Positions 12,680-24,436 of a DNA stretch of 64,000 bases are shown piece after piece. Each line of letters begins with the position of its first letter. Positions within the stretch are counted from its first letter, which is position 1. Under the pieces are notes generated by a model, which was given only the letters and a program-made list of their open reading frames with translations, had not been told where the DNA came from and made no database searches. The DNA is from Octopus sinensis. Taxonomy: Eukaryota. The position numbers and the translations under genes are program-made. The stretch is from assembly GCF_006345805.1 (NCBI RefSeq), contig NC_043018.1, forward strand, positions 6,944,001 to 7,008,000, given 5' to 3'.

Positions 12680-13234
12680 AGGTGCTAAATCTGGTGAATA
12701 AGGCAGGTGTGGAAGTGATACCATGTTGCTTTTGGGGTGAGAACCTTATGAGTGAGGAGATCTGGGTGACAGGATGCATCGTGGTCATGAAGAAACCAAT
12801 TCTTCAAATTCCACAGATCCGGTTGCTTTTGCCAAATGCCCTCCCCCAAATGCTTCAAAATCATTCCAGTAGAACTCTCGATTGATGGTTTCGCCCCGGG
12901 GGAGGGATGAATTCTCGATGTACAATACCACAGATGTTGGAAAAAAACATCCAGGCATGTTCTTTCACTTTGAAGCACTTGTGCCACTCAAAACATTGCA
13001 TACGACCCATTGCTTCATTGCCATAAGCTTGCCAAAGCATCCTAAATGTCTCTGTAGCAGATATCCCAAGTTTAACCCTTTCGTTACCAACCTGGCTGAA
13101 ACCGGCTCTGGATCTTTAATATACATGTCTTGTTTTCAAAAGTTCTAAATTAAAATCTTCCACCAAATCTTATTCACAATTTATGTTCCTAACACTAGCT
13201 TAATGATAACAAAGTTATTTTACTAAATTCTTTC

Positions 13235-13480
13235 ATCATCATCATCATCATCATCATCGTTTAACGTCCGTTTTCCGCGCTAGCACGGGTTGGACGGTTT
13301 CGACCGGGGTCTGGGGAGCTCGGGACTGCCCCAGGCTCCAGTCTAGTCTGGCAGTGTTTCTACAGCTGGATGCCCTTCCTAACGCCAACCACTCCGCGAG
13401 TGTAGTGGGTGCTTTTTACGTGCCACCTGCACAGGAGCCAGAGGGGTCTGGCATCGGCCACGTTCGGATGGTGCTTTTTA
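13235..13480 (-). mobile_element. RTE LINE 3' tail
   Basis: (CAT)n CGTTTAACGTCCG...GGATGCCCTTCCTAACGCCAACCACTCC. Confidence 0.9.
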
Positions 13481-13740
13481 TGTGTGTGTGTGGGGGGGGG
13501 GCAGAAATATAGGGGAGCACCAGTGGGGAGGGGTGGTTCAGAGAAATGATGACAGGTTCTAGCAAGTAGAATGTAGATATCGAGAGAGGTTAATGCATGG
13601 TGAAAAGCGTATTGAAGAGGGGAGTTCGAAGAGTAGACACCTATAATGGTGGTGGGAGAAGCGACATCCGGTATAGATGGAGCAAATATAGAGATATCCG
13701 GTATTGGTGGTGGGGGTGGGAGGGCGGGCGCACTCGCGCA

Positions 13741-14004
13741 TTGGAGATGAGGTTTTAGGCGGCAGAAAGAAGACAGGATTGAGATGAATGCTTTGCGGTG
13801 GTGTGAATAAGTTTTTGTGAGTGAAAGTTTTTATGCTTCAGCAGCATTTGAGACGAAAGACAACGATAACGCTATTAGATGGGGATACAATAATAATAGG
13901 CTTGCAAAAACAATGAAAAGAGGAACTCGGGAACTTAGCTGATGTTTTTTCATCCTGCGGAAGCGAGTGAAGGTGAGATATATACGCGAGAGAGAGAGAG
14001 AGAT

Positions 14005-14041
<37 letters not shown>

Positions 14042-14350
14042 AGACAGTGAAAACAGAGGGAGAACCGACACCACATAGCGAGAGAGAGAATTGGGAGATG
14101 AGGTTTTTAGGCGCAGAAAGAAGACAGGGTTGAGATGAAAATGCTTTGCGGTGGTGTGAATAAGTTTTTGTGAGGAAAGTTTTTATGCTTCAGCTAGCAT
14201 TGAGACGAAAGACAACGATAACGCTATTAGATGGGGATACAATAATAATAAGGCTTGCAAAAACAATGAAAAGAGGAACAGGTCGGGACTTAGCTGATGT
14301 TTTTTCATCCTGCGGAAGCGAGTGAGGTGAGATATATACCGAGAGAGAGA

Positions 14351-14399
<49 letters not shown>

Positions 14400-14724
14400 T
14401 GAAAACAGAGGGAGAACCGACACCACATAGCGAGAGAGAGAATTGGGAGATGAGGTTTTAGGCGGCAGAAAGAAGACAGGGTTGAGATGAAAATGCTTTG
14501 CGGTGGTGTGAATAAGTTTTTGTGAGTGAAAGTTTTTATGCTTCAGCTAGCATTTGAGACGAAAGACAACGATAACGCTATTAGATGGGGATACAATAAT
14601 AATAAGGCTTGCAAAAACAATGAAAAGAGGAAACAGGTCGGGAACTTAGCTGATGTTTTTTCATCCTGCGGAAGCGAGTGAAGGTGAGATAATACCCGAG
14701 AGAGAGAGGAGAGAGAGAGAGAGA

Positions 14725-14762
<38 letters not shown>

Positions 14763-15073
14763 TGAAAACAGAGGGAGACCGACACCACATAGCGAGAGAG
14801 AGAATTGGAGATGAGGTTTTAGGCGGCAGAAAGAAGACGGTTGAGATGAAAATGCTTTGCGTGGTGTGAATATTTTTGTGAGTGAAAGTTTTTATGCTTC
14901 AGCTAGCATTTGAGACGAAAGACAACGATAACGCTATTAGATGGGGATACAATAATAATAAGGCTTGCAAAAACAATGAAAAGAGGAAACAGGTCGGAAC
15001 TTAGCTGATGTTTTTTCATCCTGCGGAAGCGAGTGAAGGTGAGATATATACCGAGAGAGAGAGAGAGAGAGAG

Positions 15074-15119
<46 letters not shown>

Positions 15120-15209
15120 TGAAAACAGAGGAGAACCGACACCACATAGCGAGAGAGAGAATTGGGAGATGAGGTTTTAGGCGGCAGAAAGAAGACAGGT
15201 TGAGATGAA
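13741..15209. repeat. Tandem array, 4.1 copies of a ~350-362 bp unit with an internal (GA)n
   Basis: Unit starts TTGG(G)AGATGAGG at 13741, 14091, 14443, 14805 and 15162; copies differ mainly by 1-bp indels. Confidence 0.95.
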
Positions 15210-16335
15210 ATTTAAATAATTGAAAGAGCATCTCTAAATAAATTCAGTAAAGAAAGGGTTAATGCAAAACTTCACGTTGGCTCTATTATCCAAATTCCTG
15301 TCCATGACAAGAATCATAGATGTGGTCGCAAAAACACAAATTTCCCAACTTGTGAAGTAAACACAGTGATGTCATTCAGAAGACTGCCTCATAAAGATCA
15401 CTGCTTGCTCTCACTGGACACACAGCCATGTGCTGTCATCTGTTGGTGTGTTACAGAACTAGTCCAGGAACATTTTGATACCACCTTGTATATGGATACC
15501 AGGAAAGTATATCCTGTGTATCATATGTGATATGCAGTAGAGGCAAAGAGTTCACCTAAGACCGAAGATTATCCACCCTTAAGCCCTTACCTGTCCAAAT
15601 CATTTTTATAAGTTTGTACTATTTAGTACAAACTTATAAAAATGATAAGAAAATTGTTATCCACAAAACAATGCTTTATATATATATATATATATATATA
15701 TACATAAGCAAATATTTGAATGCTTACATTCAAAATAAGATACTACTATTGTTAATATTATCTGTGGTGAGTATTAGTAATAGATAATAATAATAACAGA
15801 AATATAAGTGGTACCAGGTTTAAATATTTCTAAACAGGGTGACGCCTTGTGCAATATTATGCTTTGTGCTAATTTTCAATCATACACACACATATATATA
15901 TATATATTTCAAACCTTAGTGTTTGAATGTTTTGTCCTTATATATATATATATACTAATATTTCATATATTTTATTTACCATATTTATAATATCATATAT
16001 AAATGTAAACACATTTTCATAGTTTAATGTGATAAAAGTGAGCATTTGGTGAAGGAAAGAATGAAAGTTGAAATACAAAAAAAATACTTCAGAGCCACAT
16101 CAAAATTAAACTTCATTTAATGATAAACTTTATTGTTATATAAGATACATCAATGGATTAGGTTTCTGTTTTATATGAAACTCTGAACTGATATCATCTC
16201 CTCTGACTCTGATGCAGTATATTTAACTCCCACCCACCCCCATTGTAATGTCAGTGTTTATTAACTAAACATGGAGCTTCAATACACCAACAAAATTTAC
16301 CCCATTAAATCATTTACTGTTTTAAGTATAGATAG

Positions 16336-16725
16336 GTGCAGGAGTGGCTGTATGGTAGTTAGCTTGCCTACCAACCACATGATTCTGGATTCAGTCCCAC
16401 TGCATGGCATCTTGGCCGACCAATGCCTTGTGAGTGGATTTGTAGATGGAAACTGAAAGAAGCCTGTCGTATATATGTATATATATGTATTTTGTGTATG
16501 TATATGTTTGGTGTGTGTGCTGTGTTTGTCCCCCTAGCATTGCTTGACAACCGATGCTGGTGTGTTTACGTCCCCGTCACTTAGCGGTTCGGCAAAAGAG
16601 ACCGATAGAATAAGTACTGGGCTTACAAAGAATAAGTTCTGGGGTCGATTTGCTCGACTAAATGCGGTGCTCCAGCATAGCCACAGTCAAATGCCTGAAA
16701 CAAGCAAAAGAGTAAAAGAGAGAGA
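16336..16725 (+). mobile_element. SINE family A
   Basis: Same head, body and tail as 11356-11768. Confidence 0.85.
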
Positions 16726-17522
16726 GTAAAGTGTATATAGGGGTAGGTGATGGTGTGTGGCCTAGTGGTTAGATTGATGATCACTAGATGACGGGTTCAA
16801 TTCCCAGACCAGGCGGTGCATTGTGTTCTTGAGCAAAACATTTCACATTGCTCCAGTCCCCACTTTTGATCAAGGGGTGGAATGTTAACCTGTTTTTCAC
16901 CTGCTCACCTAGCCAGTGGGATGGTGTTATTCGAAAGCTAAAATGAATGCAAAGTGCATTGTGACCAGCGATGTGTGACATCTTAGAGTATGGTTGAGTC
17001 ATGTGTTCCTGTGATGTGATATAGGGGTAGGTGTGGGGTATGTGGTAATGAACATCGTTATGCAACCAGGTGGTTTTGAGTTCAGTGCCACTGCACAGCA
17101 TCGTAGCACCCTGGGCAAGTGTTTTTCTGCTATAGCCCCAACCATTAGCATAGCTAGAGGTGGCAGAGAGGACAGACCACCCCAGCAGCACTTTTATGGG
17201 GTCGGCACCACTTTTGGGTCTATAATCATCCCTGAAAGTTTCAACCGAATTCCATCCTACAGTTCTTGAGATACCTTGTCCACAGACAAACAAACAAACA
17301 AACATGTCTGAAAACAATACCCCCCCCCTCTCTCTCTCTCTATATATATATATACACACACACACACACCTTCCAAACTCTTTTGCACGGCTTAGAAAAA
17401 CTGAAGGACCACTGCAACAAGTGTGTGAATCTGAGAGGGGAATATAGTGAATAAAATCATAATCAACTGATCCTCATGTATTTTCCTTTACCCAAAGCAT
17501 GAAACTTTTCAGCTCTCCTTGT

Positions 17523-17554
<32 letters not shown>

Positions 17555-17946
17555 CAAAGGATGTGTTATATTATTCCACTTATACAAAAACAGCCATACC
17601 AACTATCCAACATATATCCATCATCAGCTTCCCCCACGGATATCATTATGGTTTTGACACCTGGGCAGTACCATTCAATCTGGTGGTGTCAACAACACTA
17701 AAATAAGTGTTGTTTGGAAAAAAATGTACCAAAGAAACCACAACTTTCACATATATTTACACTATGTACAACCATATCGGTAAATAAAATCAATCAGTAA
17801 ATTACAACCACTTCCTAAATACATAAATAAACAGTGACCAATCCATTAAGTCATACAAAAATTATAATCCCTACCATAGTATAATGTAAAAGTGAAAGCT
17901 TAATAACCACATTCATTCACTCATTCAATCAATTAATATATATACT

Positions 17947-17990
<44 letters not shown>

Positions 17991-18142
17991 CAAAATGGCA
18001 ACAAGGATATCCAGGTAGTGTAGTACAATGTTTCATGCTACTTCATTTTATTAAACATTGTAAGTATTACATCAGTTTTAAAATGTCGAGCAATTTTCAG
18101 CCACATATAGAATTTTTTAATTAAATGGACTATGCACATTCT

Positions 18143-18194
<52 letters not shown>

Positions 18195-18213
18195 ATATAT
18201 ATATATAGAGAGC

Positions 18214-18250
<37 letters not shown>

Positions 18251-18309
18251 CGATATTATGTAGATAGAGGAATTTATCTGTAAATGTAGTCAAATATTAC
18301 ATTTACAGG

Positions 18310-18345
<36 letters not shown>

Positions 18346-19144
18346 GATGATGATGATGTTAATGCTAAATTGACTGGGCATGTACCCCTACCACCATCAC
18401 CAGATTTAGAAATACCTGGGCATGGCCCTTTTATCAGGAGCTATTTTTTAAGCTTGAAGAAAGGGCAAAAAGACTTCACAACTGATGTTCCCTTCTTCTT
18501 CCTCTCTTCACCTCCCCCTTCACCTACTCCTCATCTTCTTCCCCCCGTCTTCCTCTTCCTTCTGTTTCCATTCAGGTCAAACAATACTATGCGTTATTTC
18601 GGTGGGAAAGAGAGAGTTGAACAATGAAACCAATAAAAGAGACATTGCATGCAAATGAAACATGTGAGAGAAATGATGAAACAAATGATGAGGATGATGA
18701 AAACAACAATGAGGCAGGGGGGGGGGGAGGCAGAAGAGGATAATTAGAGATAATGATGGGGGACTGCATAAAGTGCACATATAAACCTGAATTCCATTCC
18801 AATCTTACCAAACCATAAAAAAAGAGAGAAAAGGAAAATTCCTTAATGTGACTATTGGCACAGTTTATTTTCGAGGGAGTTGGGGGTAGGTTGCTTAGGG
18901 AGGGGGAGAGATGTTGAAGAAATTTCCCAGAAATGTGAGAATAGAATAAAGAAATTAGTGTGAAAGGTCGCATTAAAGGAATCCGATGAAACAGTTTAAG
19001 AATAAAGAATTTGCCATTTTTTTTTTCTTTGGTATTTTAAATGTAAACTTTGAACTTTGACAAAGTGAGGTCAGAAGGTTGTAACAATCAGAATTAGAAA
19101 TAGTTGCATCTGTATGTGCACGTGTATGTGTGTGTGTGTGTGTG

Positions 19145-19700
19145 AAGGTACATGGCTTAATGGTTAAGGTATTTGGCTTACAATTGGAATGTCAGGAGTT
19201 CAGTTCTTAGGAGCACATTGTGTTCTTGAGCAAGACACTTTATTTCACATTACTCCAAGTCCGCTCAACTGGCAAAAATGAGTTGCACCTGTAATTCGAA
19301 AGAGCCAGCCTCATCACATTCTGTGTCATGCTGAATCTTCCTGAGAACTACATTAAAGGTATACCTGTCAAATAAAGAAGGCGGCGAACTGGCAGAATCA
19401 TTAGCACGCCGGGCGAAATGTGTAGCCGTATTTCATCTGCCGTTACGTTTTGAGTTCAAATTCCGCCAAGGTCTACTTTGCCTTTCATCCTTTCGGGGTC
19501 AATAAATTAAGTACCAGTTACGCACTGGGGTCGATATAATCGACTTAATCCATTTGTCTGTCCTTATTTGTCCTCTCTGTGTTTAGCCCCTTGTGGGTAG
19601 TAAAGAAATAGGTATACCTGTCTGTCTGTGGAGTTCTCAGCTACTTGCTGTTCTGTTGAGTGGTTCAACTGGAACCATTGTCATTGTAATCAACGAAGTA
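19145..19700 (+). mobile_element. tRNA-derived SINE family D with a nested family B SINE (19380-19610)
   Basis: Head TGGCTTAATGGTTAAGG...GAGTTCAGTTC and TGTGTTCTTGAGCAAGACAC block (also at 16750+, 8350-, 53200-); AGGTATACCTGTC duplicated at 19357-19369 and 19610-19622. Confidence 0.75.
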
Positions 19701-21092
19701 TCACCAAAATTTTAATGCATACATACTGTAAATCCTCGTGTATAGTACGCCCTTGAGTATAATACGCAGGGGATTTTTAGGGGGCTGTACTTCTGAAAAA
19801 CCTAAACCATGTGTAGTGCGTAATTAAGCCAGCAGCACCTAGTCGAATAAACACTTCCACATATGCATAATACAGTAATGGTAATATCCTTAACTGTTAT
19901 ATGGGAATGTAAATATGTTTGTAAATTTTGTTACATGTTATTCTGTGTTCTGAATACTTTTATTTTAATAAATGTTGCTTACTGCAAGTTATGGATGATT
20001 CTTTTATCACTTCATTGTTTCAGGCTTAGCTTAAGATATTTTTGCACCCAACATCACAAAATGCATCTCAATAATTTTGCTGAACCGCTAAGTTAAAGGG
20101 ATGTAAACTTACCACCATCGGTTGTCAAGTAATGTTGGGGGGGGGGAACAAACACAGACACACAAGCATATACACACACATACATATATACAATGGGCTT
20201 CTTTCAGTTTCTGTCAACCAAATCCACTCACAAGGCTTTGGTCAGCCCAACGCTATAGCAGAAGACACTTGCCCAAGGTGCCACGTGGTGGGACTGAACC
20301 AGGAACCATGTGGTTCGTAAGCAAGCTATGTACCACACAGCCACTCCTACACCTATATGACAAGAAATAATTTATGCCTCTTTTTATGGAGACAAAACGG
20401 ATTATAAGACTGCATAAAAGAAATGCTTAAATGAAATTGAGAGAGAGACAAAAAACATTGATTAGTGAACAAACATCAGTTTTCAGTCAAGGACTATATA
20501 TCACCGTGCTTCCATACATTTCATCATATATAAGTATTACCATGGCCTTTCACAATTAAAAAGAATACAAAAATAAAAAACACAGAAGGCAAAAAATATA
20601 TATGTAAACAGAAATACAAATATATAGAATGGCCTATCAAGAAGGTGTATACAATCATGTCATGTGACTAAAAACCTAAATAAACTATCAATCGACTAAA
20701 AATAATTTTTTTCTTCTTTTTACTCCCTCAATTAAAAATATGTCAAAAAAATTCATTTCATAAAACCCATGGTAGGCTGGAGTCCAGTAGCATAAAAAAA
20801 TTCCACAAAATCAAGTCAAACACATCTATGGCCATTTCAGGAGTTCCCTGCCATGGTTCAATTACAAGATAAGGTGCATGTCAGCAATGACCCCCTCATC
20901 AGGATGAATGGGAATCTCAACAATTAGTTGTTCAGTGAAATTAATATATCTGAAAATATATGCTCACTCAACATTTCCAAGGCAATCCAAAAACCATATT
21001 TATGTGTGTGTATCATCTTGAAACTAAGATGTGTGTGTATATCGTTAGCTCCTACACGCATTTTTTTCTCTCCTTGTTTTTTTTTCTGTGTA

Positions 21093-21130
21093 TCTTTCCG
21101 TCGAAGAGTGTAGGCTCGAAACGTAAAAGA
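21093..21130 (+). ncRNA. Minimal type I hammerhead-like motif (core variant) in a PLE-type terminal repeat
   Basis: Stem I TCTTT/AAAGA, core CCGTCGA-A, stem II GAGT-GTAG-GCTC, GAAA, palindromic stem III ACGT, GUA cleavage triplet; two core deviations. Confidence 0.55.
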
Positions 21131-21550
21131 CTTTTTCTATTTCTATTCCTGAGTGCCATACTAATACATTTATTTGTTTGTACTCCACCTGCCTTCGTCT
21201 TTTGTTTATTTTCGTAAACCTTCCCGTTATATATATATATATGGCTGTGTTATACACAAGTTTGCTTCCGAATCACATTGCATTGTTAAAACCTATGATG
21301 ATGATGATGTGATATATATATATATCAAGGCTTTGAGCTGGCAGAAACGTTAGCACGCTGGGCAAAATGGTTAACGGTATTTCACCTGTCATTACATTCG
21401 GAGTTCAAATTCTGTTGAGGTTGACTTTGCCTTTCATCTTTTCAGGGTCGATAAATTAAGTACCAGTGAAACATTGGGGTCGACATAATCGACCTACCCC
21501 TCCATAAATTCTAGGCCTTGTGCCTATAGTAGAAAATAATATATAATTAT

Positions 21551-21583
<33 letters not shown>

Positions 21584-21598
21584 CTGTAAAATAATGTG

Positions 21599-21764
21599 AC
21601 AATTATTCAATAGCCAAGATAAAACTCTGAGTTTCGGATGCTGAGGTGGAAATCCACAACACCATTTCTTCAGTTACCTGGCCAGATAACTGAAGAAATG
21701 GTGTTGTGGATTTCCACTTCGGCATCCGAAACTCAGAGTTTTATCTTGGCTATTGAATAATTGT
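21599..21764. ncRNA. Near-perfect palindrome (82-bp arms) encoding a type I hammerhead-like motif on each strand
   Basis: Plus strand: stem I GCCAGATAA/TTATCTTGGC, CTGAAGA 21690-21696, long stem II, GAAA 21728-21731, stem III CTC-A-GAG, GUU triplet; mirror copy on the minus strand. Confidence 0.65.
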
Positions 21765-22251
21765 TTTACAGATAAATTCCTCTATTTACATAATATTGTG
21801 GTCTCTTTCTTTCTTTTGTTATCTTACCGTTTTTACCAATATATATATATATATATATATTATTTTCAAGATGATACACACACACAAATATGATTTTTGG
21901 ATTGCCTTGGAAATGTTGAGTTAGCATATATTTTCAGATATATTAATTTCACTGATGTTTTATACTTTTTTCTGTATCTAAATATGTTGACGCAAGAGAA
22001 ATTATCGTCAGCAATGTACAGTATAATCACCAATTAAAGATATGGTTTTTTCCATTCTTATTCTTGTTGTCTTATAGTCTGAATCTCATGAAGTTATTTT
22101 CAGTGATTTTTAGATTTACTTGTTATATATGAAGAATTACCTTGGATGTTAATTCTAATAGAACTTATTGCTATCTGATTGTGTGTGTAATCTTTATATA
22201 TAAAAGTCAAGTTGTATGTCTGTCTCCTATGATTTTTGTGTTTTATCAACT

Positions 22252-22361
22252 TTGTTAGGTAGTCGTTGTAGGATCGACTAGTCACGACTAGCTAGCGCGG
22301 ATGCGCGACTACGCACACCGGGACCACTGTTCTCATGTAGTACCATATCTCAAGTAGTACC
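22252..22361. mobile_element. Half copy of the GGTAC-TIR MITE
   Basis: AGGATCGACTAGTCACGACTAGCTAGCGCGGATGCGCG...GTAGTACC matches the arm at 23716-23789. Confidence 0.85.
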
Positions 22362-22384
22362 ATATATATATATATATATGAATG

Positions 22385-22845
22385 AAGTGAGTTCATGGCC
22401 CGCAGGACAGCCTGCTGTGCTAACCTTGGATCGTAGAGTGACCCGCTGTTCTTGAGGAGACCTATTGAGTCAAGTATGTCAACACCAACATCAAAATAAA
22501 AATCAAATGGAAATTGTAGTTAAGATACCCGTGCCGGTGGCACGTAAAAAGCACCGCCCGAACGTGGCAGATACTAGCGCCACCTGACTGGCGTCCGTAT
22601 TGGTGACACGTAAAAGCACCAACCGATTGTGGCCGTTTGCCAGCCTGCTCTGGCCCCTGTGCCAGTGGCACGTAAAAAACACCCACTACACTCTCGGAGT
22701 GGTTGGCGTTAGGAAGGGCATCCAACTGTAGAAACACTGCCAGATCAGACTGGGCCTGGTGCAGCCTTCATGGCTTAACAGACCCTGGAAGAACCGTCCA
22801 ACCCATGCTAGCATGAAGAACGGACGTTAAATGAAAGTGATGATA
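22385..22845 (+). mobile_element. RTE LINE 3' tail
   Basis: CTTGAGGAGACCTATTGAGTCAAG, GTGCCGGTGGCACGTAAAAAGCACC units, GGAAGGGCATCC, ACGGACGTTAAATGA. Confidence 0.9.
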
Positions 22846-23534
22846 TATATATATATAGAGAACGTATTGTCGGCTTGCTGACTGTTTTTATCTTTCGGTC
22901 TTCTAAAGAGCATTTACCTGATTTTCTAAGCTGTCCCGATACCCCACCTGCATTCACTAGTTGTTTTATTGTCTGTAGAGTATATGTGTGTGTGTGTACG
23001 TATGTATATATATATATGCACATACACATATATAAACATACATATATATGTGAGTATGTACGTATATATGTTAGTGATAGAGATTTGCCCACTTTCGGTC
23101 TACCAAAATTCATGAAAACAACACTCTTCCCTCCATGGCAACGGTAGAAAACACTTGCCCGAGATGTCATGCAGTGAGACTGAACCCAGAACCATGAAGT
23201 TTTAATTTACAGCTTAGCACTGATTTTTGCTAGAATGTTTCGTATTGAGACGTCAGATGTAAACAAGCAATGAGATCAGAGACAAAAGTGGGCAGTGAGT
23301 GTGTATGCCATACTTTGAGGATTGTTCAATCCTTCCTCAGCACCTATCTGACCCATTTATGTCTCCAAACACATAGCTTCGCATACAATGGTGTGAAGTT
23401 GTTGGATACATCAATCTACATATTAGACGCATACCTGTAATTGGCGTGGGCACTTTGTTATGCAAACACAGTATACTATGAAATACATCGAATGTTTTTA
23501 TAAGTCAATTTTTTTCCCCACTGCTGATGCAGTG

Positions 23535-23789
23535 GGTACTACTTAAGAAGAGTGGTCCCGGTGCGCGCACTCGCGCATCCGCGCTAGCTAGTCGTGACTA
23601 GTCGATCCTACGACTACCTAGCAAAGTAAATAAAATACAAAATAAATAATTTTTTTACGCAAAATAAATAATTTTTTTTAAAACAAAGTAAATAAAACAC
23701 AAAAACACAAAGTAAGGATCGACTAGTCACGACTAGCTAGCGCGGATGCGCGAGTACGCGCACCGGGACCACTCTTCTTAAGTAGAACC
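23535..23789. mobile_element. 255-bp MITE with ~73-bp GC-rich TIRs starting GG (Merlin-like)
   Basis: GGTACTACTTAAGAAGAGTGGTCCCGG... and ...CCGGGACCACTCTTCTTAAGTAGAACC; flanks GATGCAGTG and TCAGCAGTG resemble a decayed 9-bp TSD. Confidence 0.85.
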
Positions 23790-24436
23790 TCAGCAGTGTT
23801 TGTTACATTATTTATAAGGCTTTTTCTACAGATATTCTATAAAAACTATGGCCAGCAATAATTTTTGCAACGTTTTGTATCGAGACATCAGATATAAACA
23901 AGCAATAAGATCGGAGATAAAAGTGTTACTGACAAATAAAAACATTGGTCAATGTTTACATCTTGACCCGGAAATGAAAACCCAAAAAATATACTGGAAT
24001 GGGTGTAAAACAATGTGTAGGAAAGGAATATGAAGGAAAAAAATGCGTGCAAAACAATGGAAGGGTGGGGAGACGACTTCGGAATATTCACAACATCCGA
24101 GCTTTTCCCTCGTAACTTTTAGGAAAATGGTTTTTTTTTGGGTTTTTTTTCCAATCGAATTTTATAGAAATATCTTTCAAACGGCATAAATTACGATTAT
24201 AAAGAAATTTGTGGGGAAAATATTTTCCAAGAGAGTGGGGAGAGGGCTTTGGAAAATTCATAAGATCCGAGCTTTTCCTTCGTAACCTTTAGGAAAATGG
24301 GGTGTTTTTTTTCACTGAAATTTCATAGAAATACCTTCCAAACGGCATACATTATGTTTATAAAGAAATTTGAGGGAAAATCTTTTCCAAACTCCGAATT
24401 TTTCCTTGTTATATTCCAAAATCACATTCACCTTTC

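Larger units (their letters stand above)
13076..15258. mobile_element. piggyBac-type MITE (TTAA TSD) carrying a ~2 kb insert
   Basis: TTAA|CCCTTTCGTTAC at 13072-13087 and GTAAAGAAAGGG|TTAA at 15247-15262; mariner sequence continues across the site. Confidence 0.8.
11782..15490 (-). mobile_element. Mariner (DD34D) element, internally deleted, hosting nested insertions
   Basis: TIRs GAGGTGGTATCACAAAGTTCCTGGACTAG (11784-11812) and CTAGTCCAGGAACATTTTGATACCACCTTGTA (15459-15490); minus-strand peptides WFLHDHDASCH, (YS)PDLAPADFHLFLK, KNDFQARFQKW, AEGDYFEDD. Confidence 0.85.
20932..21957. repeat. ~93-bp inverted repeat arms enclosing two hammerhead-bearing elements and a SINE
   Basis: CAGTGAAATTAATATATCTGAAAATATATGC...TGTATCATCTTGAAA (20932-21023) versus its reverse complement at 21864-21954. 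Confidence 0.85.

Noticed and set aside
13741-15209. CRISPR-like or retrozyme array
   Set aside because: Whole units repeat with no unique spacers, and neither strand has a CUGANGA/GAAA core
23295-23350. Minus-strand CTGAGGA with a 7-bp hairpin resembling a hammerhead
   Set aside because: GAAA and the UH site are both absent and stem I does not form
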